Positions 33,560 to 46,411 of a DNA stretch of 64,000 bases are shown here, in pieces. Source of the DNA: Trichinella spiralis (taxonomy: Eukaryota); contig NW_003526943.1 of NCBI RefSeq assembly GCF_000181795.1, forward strand, positions 6,602,122-6,666,121, written 5' to 3'. Position 1 is the first letter of the stretch, and the number at the start of each line of letters is the position of its first letter. Made by a program: the position numbers and the translations under genes. The notes under the pieces are model-generated. The model saw only the letters and a program-made list of their open reading frames with translations, was not told the origin of the DNA and made no database searches.

Positions 33560-35114
33560 CCCTCCGCAGGTCAAGTGGGGTACATTTTGTAACTCACCAC
33601 TGTTTTTGGCAAATATCTCTGCCGCATTGCTTTGTTTTACGTCAGATTTTTTTATAGCTAAATTTTATACAGTTCTACACGATATGAAATTTTTTCAAGC
33701 TCATATGATTAGTAGATCAGGAATTATAGCGGTTTTTTGTTGGGGTCTATTTTGTTCCCCACCTAATCTCTTGTGATCTGGACTTTTCACCATTATTTGG
33801 AAATTAAGTCACACTGCAAACTAAGTCACAGCTTTCCAAAAAATACCTGAAATCATTTATCATTCCAATAAAACCAAATACGGAGTAGACATTGTCGACT
33901 ATATGATTCAGGAGTATACATGCAGCAGGATAACTTGCCGATGGCCACTCTGGCTGTTCATGAACATCCTGGACACTGCAGCACTGAATGTTCACGTTAT
34001 ACCGACTTTCATGCATTCTAACTGGATGAAAATGAAGAAAGACACCAGACGGATGTTTCAGCAGTTGGCGTCTGCATTGGTGCGACCGCATGTCTAGCAC
34101 AGAATCAACACAATCACAAATCTACCGTGCAATGTTCTGAGGGCTGCACGAACACTTGAAATCACCCGTGAACAGCTCAGAGAGGAAGAACAGTCCTCAT
34201 CATCAGTGGGAAGATAGCGTAGAAGATGTAGCATCTGCCTGAGAAAAAATGACCCGAAAACAGATTTCCAATGCTCCATCTGCCGAAGTGGGTATGCAGA
34301 CAGCAGCAATTAGGGAAACATTGCGTAGATATAAGGAACTTAACAAATTTCCTGCGGTTTCATTTTTGTGTATAATAATATTGATAAAACTACTGATCAG
34401 ATCTAAGAAATTCGTTTTACTTTAAGCTAAACTGACTCGGTTTAATGCGTGTGCACTATTGAACATTTTAAAGACCTTGTTCAAAAGTTTGCTTTCTATT
34501 AATCTGTTTCTTAATTTGATAAAGTTAAATATAAGTTTAAATTGAATTATAAAAGTTAAAATTAAAATATAAGTTTAAATTAAAGTATAAATTGAATTTA
34601 GAAGTTACGGATGCTTTTAGTAAGAAAGATCAGGTAGATTCACCATTTCACTGAATTTCATTAAATAATTAATTGTAATTAATTTCACCACATAAATATC
34701 ATAAAATAGTAAAGCTTTGAATATCACAAAACTGACCATTAAAAAGAAATCAAAATTTGGCAAATAGCTTGAATTACAATGACAACCAGTAAAAATTTAG
34801 GTTTGCGACAACGAATAAAACTCATCGCAACAACAACTAATGAAATTTAGCCGGCATGAAAACCAATGAAATTTAAAGCTAATGAAATGTCGAGCGGCGT
34901 GCCTTTGAAGTAAACTCGGGGAGTAGACCAAAGTTTGTAGAAATTATACCTGAACAAATTTGATTTGCTGACAATTATAATCATTTATATTCAGATAATT
35001 AATAAAAATCATTTGTTTTTCCAAAAAATCGACGCAATTACAAAAAATGTATGGGGTACATTTTGTACCCCACTTGAACGTTTGAAGTTCAAATTTCACT
35101 TGACCTGCGAAGGG
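33560..35114 (+). mobile_element. Non-autonomous piggyBac element with TIRs and an ATAA target duplication
   Basis: TIRs CCCTCCGCAGGTCAAGTG / CACTTGACCTGCGAAGGG; subterminal palindromes of the GGGGTACATTTTGTACCCC type; transposase relic PEII..NKTKYGVDIVDYMIQEYTCSRITCRWPLWLFMNILD and Cys-rich RRRCSIC..CSIC. Absent from the paralogous site near 39705. Confidence 0.92.
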
Positions 35115-35608
35115 ATAATAATAATGCTATTAATATTTTGTTTGTTTCCAAAAATAACAAATCTTCTAACAGCAGCACGACAAATTGCAAGCCATTTGGA
35201 TACAATAACATGAAAAAACGAAACGTAAAAAAACGACTTGAGCAACACCAATGCATGCCAAAGCATTAAATATTACAAAATGAAATAAAAGTGAGTAAAT
35301 CTGTGAACAAGGAAAAAGAAAGAAGATAACAGCAGCAGCACAATAAATATAGCTGCATAATAAGCTGCTTTTCAAATATATACATTTTGTTGTCATCTCG
35401 AATATGTAGGTCTGAATTTGAATGCATTGATTCGATGAATTTGAATATAACGAACAGAAGATTCAGATATAAAATTTGTCAAATCACAGCAACAATTTAA
35501 TAAACAACAAATAAAATAAAATTGAATATGGATATGAATAATTAAAATGATGTTGACTCTCCGGTTGCGCAGTGTTCTTTGAATTGAGATCAACAAAATG
35601 AAAAGACC

Positions 35609-36928
35609 TCATAAAAAGATGCATTTCCTTTTTTTCTTCTTCTTCTGCTTCACATCCCCCATATCCAAGTGACCTGACGCAACGGCTTTTCTACTTTTGA
35701 TTTCTCTCATCAAATCGTAGAAAACCTACAACCGAAACAAAATTATAGTATAACCAGCACGTCGACAATGCTGCAATTGTTCAATAAAAAATTTGTGAAA
35801 GTCTTGAACATATTCTCTGGTGAATAGGAAAAAAATGAAATTCTAAACACAGTTTTCAAAAACGTCACTTCTAATTTCAAAAATCGCTTTCATAATAGAA
35901 ACACAAATTCATAGTATAAATGTATATTTAAATACAAATATTTGCAATTCATCAATTTCTTTATCTGCTACTGCATTGCCTCTCAAACTGATGATCAAGT
36001 CAATACAGAAATATATCATGGGCAGTCATAAAATTTTATGCCCAATATACACAATACATTTGAAACCAAGTACATCCACATAATTATGCACACACAAAAA
36101 CATGTGTATATATATAAAGAGAGAGAAGAAGATTTATTTGTTTGCACAAGTTATTAATAAAATTAGAGTGGAAGAAATACTGCTTTCAAACCGTTGGAGA
36201 ACAGCAAATTATTTTGTTAACCTTCATGTTCCTGACACTAATTGTAAATTAATAAAATTTAATTGACCTGTCAAATGCAATTGACCTTAAAAATCAATAA
36301 AATTCAATTGACATAAAATGGTAGAATAAAAATAAATCCGAAACTGTAAAAATTTTCTTTTCAATTTTATGCAAAAGTGATGGAGCACTGCTTGTTCGAG
36401 TGATAAAATCTGAGCATCGGCTAAGCAATCTCAAACAGACCTACTGAACGAGCAATAAATTCTTCAATTAATCAAGAATAAATGAAATTTTAAAATAATC
36501 AAAAATGAAAAGACAAAAAAGAATTTCTACTCTCTTTCGCAATACGAATTCATTTTCTCATTTACCTTAATACAATTAAGCTGTTTTATGTTTTCTTTTG
36601 AAATCTGCAGCTTTTATATTTTTTGATTTCTTCTTTTTATTTTTTTGATTTATTTACTCATTTTATATAGTCATTATGATTGATCTTGTTCATTTTGTTG
36701 TTAAGAAAACATGAACAGATAATTTTAATTATCGTAAATAATAAGTGTACTTTGTCAACGTTGAACTTTGAATTTGCAGATGTTTCAGCGTAGTTAAAGT
36801 TCCAATTAGCCATCCTCTGTTGTGCTTGGTCAACTGATATTCGACTTTTAGCGTTCAAATCTGATTTATTGCCCACGACCAGGATTGGAATGTTCAGATC
36901 AGAATTTCTCACTTGCAATATTTGTTTG
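35609..36928 (-). pseudogene. Duplicated Ral exons 4' and 5' (partial copy or alternative 3' exons)
   Basis: Exon 4' 36928-36751 (178 nt, AG/GT intact, open frame, VGNKSDL..ETSAN); exon 5' 35725-35609 identical to Ral exon 5. No copy of exons 1-3. Confidence 0.8.
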
Positions 36929-38136
36929 CTGGAATTGTAAATAAATCGCAATCTTTCCTGCTGCTTCTGCTTTTGCTTCTCCCTCCCTCACCCTCAAAAT
37001 TCGTCTCAATAGTGTTATAAATGTAATGTGTTAATTTAATGTTTGGCTTTAATTTAATAACAAATTTGTTTTTCATAACTGAATTCACGTTATGCACAGC
37101 ATGCAGAAAGATTAATATTTGCTTCACACGCCAAAATAGTCCTTGTTTGTCTTAACTGTCAAAGGTGTTTGTGATTTAGAAAGGAAAATATGTAATATTT
37201 CCATACTGAAGTCCCAAGACATCCGTGGTTATGCATATGCAGGAGTAACAATAGGAAGTGTGGTTGCAGAAGTTAATAAAGTTTTCAAAAATTGCAATTT
37301 GTATCAAAAACGTTTCTTTACATTTCTTATTCAAACTTTTCAAGCATCTTATATTTGCATAAAATGTTTTTCCAGTTTGTGAAATGAGGTTTTTTGTGAT
37401 GGCACAAGAGACAAATGAAATTTATTAATACCATATCTCTGTGGAATATGAACTTTTGTTTGAGAGAAATACATATAATTATATTTGTAAATGATGATTA
37501 ATAATATTTACTAATTTATGATTTATAATTTTGAAAGAGAATAAATCATATTCTCCAAAATTGAGAAAATGCAGTGCACAATGAAGTTTTGTCATTATTT
37601 CGTTATGATAATGATTAGTACATCACCCCCGTGCAGCTCAACCTAAACCACCTCAAATGTCGATTAATTAACGATAAACGATTGTTTAACAAAGTGTTTT
37701 AAATGCTTTTAGCTTATAATAAAATGTGAAATAATTTTAAATGAAAAAGTTATTAAAGTAAATTGCTCATAATGCATTTATTTGCACTGAAAAAGCAAAA
37801 CTGTCTGATCAGTCTAGCAAACAGAAATAGTCAAGAAATATTTCATTAAGAACACATTGTTGTATCATACAGGAAATTAATTTGTTAAAATTTTAAAAAT
37901 ATTTTCAACAATTTTGTTTAGCAAAATATATTTTCCACTGCATTTTACAAAGCATTTTATGAAATAATAGGGTTGTTCATGAATTAAAATGATTGTTATT
38001 TTGATTATTAAATCAACAGATCGAGATTTTTTCAGTCTTGCAAACTTGAAATACTGAGCAAACAATTGTTTTTAAACAAGAATATTTTTATTTTCAATCT
38101 TTAGCACTGTAAATGCAATAGATAATTTTATTTTGA

Positions 38137-38453
38137 GGGGTAGACCCAATTTACTCTACGAACTCAGCTTACTTTTTCGCTGTAAATTTTATTGGTTGCT
38201 GCTCAGATGCAGGCAACTGAATTTTATTGAGATGAAACATAGTGTATGCACATGAATTTGCATAGTCGTTGTCTTTGACGTGTCCTGTTGTATCAGGAAA
38301 ATCACAGTTAATCAGTCTTTTCTCTTGGGAACCTAATCCCATCGAATTAGATACGGAACCGATGATGTTTTGTTGCGCGCATCAGAGCAACAATCAATGA
38401 AATTTACCTGAAAAAAGTGGGCGGAATTTCTTAATGAAATTACAACTAGGCCC
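38137..38453. mobile_element. ~316 bp MITE-like insertion
   Basis: Present only in duplication copy 2; flanked by ATTTTGA direct repeats (38130-38136, 38454-38460). The empty site in copy 1 reads TTCATTTTGATTAAG. Imperfect termini GGGGTAG...CTAGGCCC. Confidence 0.7.
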
Positions 38454-38641
38454 ATTTTGATTAAACAACCGCTTATTAATTGTGAAATGCAGATGATGCC
38501 TCAATTTCAAATTAAACAAAATCTGGCAATTATTTCAACATATTCTAACTACTCAAACAGTTGGCAATGACGTTGAATGATATACATATATATATATATA
38601 TTCTCTCTGAGAAATGAAAAATCGAAACTGATCACAGAAAA

Positions 38642-39414
38642 ATGTATTATTTCTTGCTGCTTCTTTTAATCACCGCCGTGAGTACTTTTATCATAAGCTT
38701 CATTTTACTCATTTTTATTGAACAATAAGTGCATTGAAATAATGAACCACTTTTGTCAAATAAAAATTTTTTAAATATTCAAAAATGATCAACTTATAAT
38801 AATATCAATTTTGGTTTTTTCAGAAAGATTCCATTGGAAGTGACAGAAACTATACAGATGCAGAATATGCTTGGCTTCTTAAAAATAAAAAAGCAATGTT
38901 AAAAACAAACGCAGAAAATGTAGATATTCCGGAAAGTGTAATACTTCTGGATCCGCGACAGGTTCCTTCAAATGTTGTCCCAATCCCACCAAAAGAATTT
39001 CAAAAGAAAGCTGAAAAGGTAAAGGCGTAATTGTTAATATTATTACGTCGTTTCATTATATATCATTATATTTTATTATATTTTTGAAATCTTGCATATC
39101 ATTCATAATATCATATTCATCTTCCTTCTGCAGATAGAGTTACTGGTTATCTGAACTTGTAATGATATAAAAACACCAACTACGCCTGTTTCATATGGTA
39201 AATCATATTATAGGAGACTGTGACACAACGTCCTGATGGTGACTTCACTGACGCAGAATACAAATGGCTCCTTCAAAATAAGAAATTAATGCTAGAAGAC
39301 CAAGTGCGTGATGATATGGATATTCCGGGTTCCATACTTATCCGTCCAAGAAGAAACATTTCTGAAGATGTGGTACCCGTACCACCTGCAAGATATCAGC
39401 AACGTGTAAAGTGA
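38642..39414 (+). CDS. Small putative secreted two-repeat protein, copy 2 (143 aa)
   Basis: Exons 38642-38677, 38824-39018, 39214-39414 with the same lengths and phases as copy 1; open frame MYYFLLLLLITAKDSIGSDRNYTDAEYAWLLKN..., ETVTQRPDGDFTDAEYKWLLQN...YQQRVK*. Confidence 0.78.
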
Positions 39415-40190
39415 TAATGCCTTTTGATGATAATTCGCCCTCAATTAAACAAGACGGCAGGGAACGGTGACGTAATAATCCTATTTTTAAAATGTTTTCA
39501 AACTGCGCAACATTGAACGTGAAAATTTTTTTTGTTTCTTTCCCTTACAATAAATCATTTTCCCACCAGCAAACCTGAAAAAAATTGAAACTCGAAAAAA
39601 TACAGAATAATTTCCTCAAAGAGATTAAAAATTGATTCAAACAAATGTAAAATATAATAATAACAATATTCACACAATTGAGTTTCTAAAAATGAAATGA
39701 GAATAATAATGATATCACTATTTTGTTTGTTTCGACAAATAACAAATCTTTAAACAGCGGCACATCAAATTACAAGCCATTTGGATGCAATAAAATGAAA
39801 AAACCAAAACGCAAAAAAACAATGTGAGCAACAGGAACGCATGTTCCAGCAATACATGTGAGAAAAAGTGAGTAAATCTGTGAACAAGGAAAAAGAAAGA
39901 AGATAACAGCAGCAGCACAATAAATATAGCTGCATAATAAGCTGCGTTTCAAATATATACATTTTGTTGTCATCTCGAATATGTAGGTCTCAATTTGAAT
40001 GCATTGATTCGATGAATTTGAATATAACGAACAGAAGATTCAGATATAAAATTTGTCAAATCACAGCAACAATTTAATAAACAACAAATAAGATGAAATA
40101 AAATTGAATATGGATATAAATAATTAAAATGATGTTGACTCTCCGGTTGCGCAGTGTTCTTTGAATTGAGATCAACAAAAAGAAAAGACC

Positions 40191-40704
40191 TCATAAAAAG
40201 ATGCATTTCCTTTTTTTCTTCTTCTTCTGCTTCACATCCCCCATATCCAAGTGACCTGACGCAACGGCTTTTCTACTTTTGATTTCTCTCATCAAATCGT
40301 AGAAAACCTACAACCAAAGCAAAATTATAGTATAACCAGCACGTCGACAATGCTGCAACTGTTCAATAAAAAATTTGTGAAAGTCCTGAACATATTCTCT
40401 GGAGAATAGGAAAAAAATAAAATTCTAAAAACAATTTTCAAAAACGTCACTTCTAATTTCAAAAATCACAAAAGAAACACAAATTCATATTACAAAAGTT
40501 CATTTATTTTCAATTCATCAATCTCGTCTCTCCGCTGCTCAATTGCTCTTCAAACCGATGTTCAAGTCAATAAAGAAATGTTGATCCATGCATCATCATG
40601 AATCATGAAATGCATCGGCATCATGAAATTTTATGCCAAATAGACGCAATAGATTTGAAACCAACTGCATCCACATAACTTCACACACACACACACACAT
40701 ACAT

Positions 40705-40768
<64 letters not shown>

Positions 40769-43700
40769 TTACTTGTTTGCACAAGTTAATCATGAAATTA
40801 GAGTAACAGAAATAACGTTTTCAAAGCGTTGCAGAACATCTAATCATTTTACTAATCTTCACGTTCCTGATACTAATTGTAAATTAATAAGATTTAATTA
40901 GTCTGCGTTCGTCAATGTCTCATTTAATGCTCTTGTCCAGAATTGAATTATACCCATAAAAAAGATAAAGTAAGCATCAAATTCGAATTCGTAAAATTTC
41001 CTCTTCAATTTATGCAAAATCAATTGTGCCCTGCTTGTTCGAGTTCTGAGCAACGGTTAATCCATCTCAAACAGACCTACTGAATGAGCAATAAATTCAT
41101 CAGTTAAGCAAGAATAATTGAAAATTTATAATAATGAAAAATGAGAAAGACAAAGAAGAATTTTTACTCTCTTTCGCAATACGAATTCATTTTCTCATTT
41201 ACCTTAATATAATTAATTAAGCTGTTTCATACTTTGTTTTGCAATCTGCAATTTTTCTTACATTTTTTTATTTTTCATTTTACATAGTTATTATGATCAA
41301 TGTTGTTCATTTCGTTGAAAAAAGAAAAGATGAACAGATAATCGTAATTATCATAAATAATAAGCATACTTTGTCAACGTTGGATCTTGTCTTTGCAGAT
41401 GTTTCAACGTAGTTGACGTTCCAATTAGCCGCCTTCTGTTGTGCTTGGTCAACTGATATTCGACGTTCGGCGTTCAAATCCGATTTATTGCCCACGAGCA
41501 GGATTGGAATGTTCGGATCAGAATTTTTCACTCGCAATATTTGTTCACTGGAATTGTAAATAAATCACAATTTCTGCTTCTGCTTTTGCTTCCCCCTCCC
41601 CCCCCCCGACCTTCATCTCAAGAGTGTTATTTCTCATTCTTACCGAAATTCCGTTGTTGCATCAAAAGATTCACTGTCGGTGATTGCAAATACGCACAAA
41701 AATCCCTCTCCACTGCGATAATAATTGTCTCTTGAATAAAAGAAAATTAATATAATAATAATAATAATAATGACAGAAGCTGAATGCAGCAAAACCTGAT
41801 AGCTGAATAGTCTTCTTGACCAGCGGTGTCCAAAATGTCAATCTGACATTCTTCACCATCAAGTACAATACGTTTTCGATATGAATCCGCTTTTGTCGGT
41901 TCATATTCTTCAACAAACTAGAAAACAAACTAAATTAATACCAAAAAAAATCTGAAATATTCGTGAAAAAAGGTAATATTATAAATAGAAAAAAAATTAA
42001 ATATCCACACAACTTGTTAACAGCAGAATGACAGATCAATTTTAAAAAAAAGAAAAAAACTAGAATGTGCTCAGTAGTTAGTGATATTAATACATTTTTC
42101 GCTTCTTTTCAACGCATGCATAAAAGTGATCCATCTTTTGTGCTTGTTGAGTAGAAACAGATGGTGTTGATTGCCCTGGTGATCATTATAGGGCAAGTTT
42201 TCTCTAATAAGAGTTGTTATACAATAAATCTTATTTCAAGAAAAAGAGCAACAAATCAGCTTAGTCAAACTTGCTCAACAATGCAAGCGTAAAACGACAG
42301 TGAAATAAATATCTATGACAGCTTTTCCTCTCCGAGGACCGTTTGCGCACCATGCTGATGCAGTTGTCTTCCGCAGATGAAAGTAATTTGAATCAATTGC
42401 ACCATTATTGATTTTCAGGCTGCTTCATCGGGCAAACTACTGCCAGCATGTGTTGAACAAGCCGAAAAGTGACATGTCGCTGTTTATCTTCTCGTAAGAT
42501 CGGCCAAAGAAATATTCTCAGGTTGTCGGTCCCTCTGGTCGACCGCAGCATCAGAGGCACAAGGGCAGGGGAGGGGGGGTGTAGTAGCAGCAGTGAGGAT
42601 CTCCACATCGGCCCAAATCACAAGAACAGACAGACAGACTATCCAAGCAATCGTCTTGAATAAAGCAATCAAGCAAGCAAACAAACAAACAAACAAACAA
42701 AAACAATCTTCATTATCGTCAGTGCAAACATTCCATTGGCCATCCTCTTCTGTTTGCGTTTGAAATGACGGAAAAAACAAACATAAGCTAACATTGCCGT
42801 GAAACTTTCTCAATGATAATTCTGCACAGCATAAGCGAGAAGTATAAAATTCTCCGTCGAAAAATACATATCATGCACGAAAAGTTTCGCCTAATTTCTC
42901 GTCAAATTTCCTTACGGATAAAACGGCAAATGAAAGTTGGTGCCTATTTTTGGTCAAAGCTGTCAATAAAAGAGAATTTATTCTTCTAATGAAAAAGAAA
43001 TTGTAAATTTCACTTTCAGCGACTGAAATGGAAAATACAATTTTCCAAATTTGTAAGCCGAATTCCAACCATGCGAAGAAAACGAACTAAGCACTGTGGA
43101 AAAACACTGTGCAACTATTGCGCACACGCACACACACAACAAATGTGTACAAACAATTTCTCGACAATAAAGTTGAAATATTATATTTTCAATTAATAAA
43201 CAAATCAGAAAATGCACTACTAGGGCAATATTTTCTCAAGTTACTTTGAAATTGGTAAATACAACGACAATGATCAAAAAACCCCTCCCCTCCTCATCCC
43301 ATCACCCTGAACCCCCAGTGTGCAGACACAGTTTTGCCAATTTGAAATGGAACAATTGAAAATTGATAATAGTAATTATTTCTCCTTTTTCTTTCATTGA
43401 ATTTTTTCTTTGTTTCGAATCCCAATCTTCGACATCTGCACATCGAATATGTGGAAATAATCGTCATCAGAGAGAACTGCCGTATGTCGACAGTTTCAGT
43501 TTCATTCATAACGCATGGCCCGATTTTTTTCTCGGCTGAAAATAGCTGCCCCAGAGTTAGTTTCACAAACAGCAAACAATATTTAATAACGACCCACCAA
43601 CCAACTGAATGGCTTGTGAAAATTAATTTCAAAGAGAAAAATGAAAAAAAAACAAACAAACAATTTCATTCACATTACATGCACTTTCCTACAATGCTGG

Positions 43701-43904
43701 CTGTTGTTGAATGAGAAAAATATGGTAGAACGAGCAGTTTTGGATGATATACAACAACTGATAATAATATTAATAACTTACCTCGTCGTACATGAACTGC
43801 AATGTAAGAGCAGATTTTCCAACACCACCACTGCCGACCATGATCACCTTGTGTACGGGAAGTTGTTGGGCGGGGGTCTTTTTCCCACCGGCCGAGCTGG
43901 TCAT
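40191..43904 (-). CDS. ral-1: Ral small GTPase, 5 coding exons (frame stays open upstream to an ATG at 44102)
   Basis: Exons 43904-43782, 41917-41796, 41730-41644, 41547-41370, 40307-40191. [39 protein letters not shown] (Ral effector loop), [17 protein letters not shown], polybasic KKKKKRK and CAAX CIFL. Confidence 0.96.
40682..40768. repeat. Compound (CA)n/(CATA)n/(TA)n microsatellite in Ral intron 4
   Basis: Directly visible; much shorter at the paralogous site near 36090-36116. Confidence 0.9.
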
Positions 43905-46411
43905 TGTCGTCCAGGTCTGTGGGTGTTTGTGATCACTAGCGGCTGACGTGGATGAGCAATGATGGACTGTCGCCTTGTCGACGACTGCTGAAAGTAGTTC
44001 AGTTTCACAGGAAGCGTCGAGCCGTCTAGAGCTTCTAGTGGGCGTGGTCGATTTCAGCCTAAGCTGATTCGCGCGGCGTCGGTGAGTCAGCAACGAACCC
44101 ATGTTGCCTACACACCAGGTGAACATGTCGCCACCCACCGTCAATCAGTAAATCAGTAAACTAACACAGCGCGATTCAATTGAATCAAAATACAAAATAA
44201 AATGAATAAAGTAAAATCAAATAAATACTTTGAAAGAGAAAGAAAGAAAGAGGGAGAAAGAGAGGGGGAGGGAGATAGAGACAATATCTGCTTGCGAACA
44301 ACAATAACAAAAAACAGAAACAACAATAATAATAATAACTGCTAATGCTAAAGTAAAATTTGTCCTAGTAGTTGCTTGTAGGTGGGACAAGGGAATATAG
44401 CGCAGCGACACGACCGTGCAAAATGCGCCAACCTGCTAAGAGCTTGGCCAACGTGGCAACAACATTGGAACATTGGAAAAATTTGCCAGTTGGTGGACAA
44501 CACAACGGCGCCACAGGTCGGCCAGCCACTGGTAAGCCAGCCGGACGACCGTGCCAGAGCGGCCGAAAATCTAATAACAGCTTAAATTGAAAATGAACGG
44601 TCATTAAAGCCGTCTCTCGTGATAGACCAGCCTCGGACCAGCCCCGGCCGGTCGGATCAATCAGCCAACTTCATTACAGCTTGCCAGTTTGCACGCGCGT
44701 ACTCTTGGGATGAGCCGACTTTCGGCTTTCCACGTACACAAGCCCAGCGTTCTGCGCCGAATCTCTCATCCTTAGCTTCTCAGCTGCCACAAACAGCAGC
44801 ACTTAATCTGGTTAACTACTGAGCGTGATAAAAAAAACACATCTATACATACAACATCTACATGTGAAAAAATAGAAAAAAACCAAAGAAAATAAAGAAA
44901 CAGAATACGAATTTTTCCGAATAAACGTTGCAAACACGCCTCGGGGACCTTTGCCGAAATCGATTGTCAAGCAATTCCCGGTCGCTAACTGTGAAAAGCT
45001 CCCGGAAAGGAAGCGGAAATAAAAAAAACAATCTGCATCTTCCTCCTCATTCATTGCTTAATAAACTTACAACACGACCCACACAAACGAGGAACAAACA
45101 ATTCAAAAAATAAAATTATTCTAATTTTTTACCTGAAAAAGATGTTTCACCGACGTGAGGTTGCCAGCGGTACGGCACCGACGAATGAAATCAGCACAGA
45201 CAAGAGTGGTTGAACTAAACAAAAGCAGACGAAACTTTTCAACTGCAACTACAAGCACAGTACACTGGTTTACTGAACTCGGAACAATAAACGAAAAGCA
45301 AACACGCACGATGCGGTAGTTATGATGATTGATTGATTGAAAATTCATGAAATTTAAAGAAAAACAATGATCACTACAATGAACCGGATAAAAATATTTG
45401 AACTGAGAATCCTCTCGGAAACTGCACTTGTTGATCAATTTTTAAAATTTGGACAATAAAAAACAATAATGAGTAACATTCGAAATTTTTCATTTTTTAA
45501 ATAAAACGGCAATAAAAAGTAGACAATGAAATGCATAATCGATCAACTTTAACCACAGAAATTGATAAAATTTTTTTTCAATCAATCTCACTTTCAGTAC
45601 GCAGTAAAGGTTTCAACTTTCAGTAAAATTTTAAAAGTTAAATATATACTTCAAAAATACATCTACCAAAACACTGATAAAATTCAAAAGATACGGTAAA
45701 TGGTTATCATAATCGAAATTTTTCTGACAGAGCTAAACAAAAACTGTCACTTGACTGATGCTTAAATAGTTTACATTTGAGATCGTACATTTGCAAAAGG
45801 ACAACCAAACATTCCAAAAATAAATATATTATCAACAATATACTAAACGTTCATCTTTTACCACATTTGCACTAACTTTTCCGACTCGTAGATAAAATTC
45901 ATATGGTATACAAAAATGATAATTAAGCACAAATAATACTAGTATTTTTTTTGTAATTTAGCATTTTTTTAGTACAGAGAGGAGATTTTAAAATTGAAAA
46001 TTAACCATTTTATAAAATAATAATTTCAATTGCATTATTTAAAAACAATCTTTGCTTTTTTTCTTAACATAAATTCCTTATTGTTTAACATTTGAAACTT
46101 AAAGGAAGATAGTCACATGTTAACAATTTTAATATTAAAAAGAACTTTGCCATTACAACGTAAAATATATTAACATAAACAGTTATAGATTTTGTCGATA
46201 ATTAACGGCAACTGAAATGCGTCAATTAAAGAAAATTAGAATCTTTCGACTTTGCAAATGCTGTTAAATTTTCCAATTAGCAGTAATTTATAAAATCAAA
46301 CTCATCTAAATTAAAAAGACTTGATTAGAAAAAACCAACAACAAAAAACACTGTTCAAACATTGTAGAAATAAAATTAAATAAAAACAAGTAGATGTTTG
46401 ACAATTTATAA

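Larger units (their letters stand above)
31270..37016. repeat. Tandem segmental duplication, copy 1 (enlarged by a piggyBac insertion)
   Basis: Collinear similarity to about 37050-41629, from TGAATTCACGTTAT through the secreted gene and Ral terminal exons to a breakpoint in Ral intron 3. Confidence 0.92.
37050..41629. repeat. Tandem segmental duplication, copy 2
   Basis: Collinear with 31270-37016; contains Ral exons 4-5 contiguous with the rest of the Ral gene. Confidence 0.92.

Noticed and set aside
35609..36928. A second independent Ral gene
   Set aside because: No copy of exons 1-3 (G1-G3 motifs) within the duplicated unit; it can only function through splicing from the upstream gene.
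42405..45438. Short ORFs in Ral intron 1 and upstream GC-richer patches
   Set aside because: No homology, low complexity and overlap on both strands; more likely regulatory or UTR sequence.
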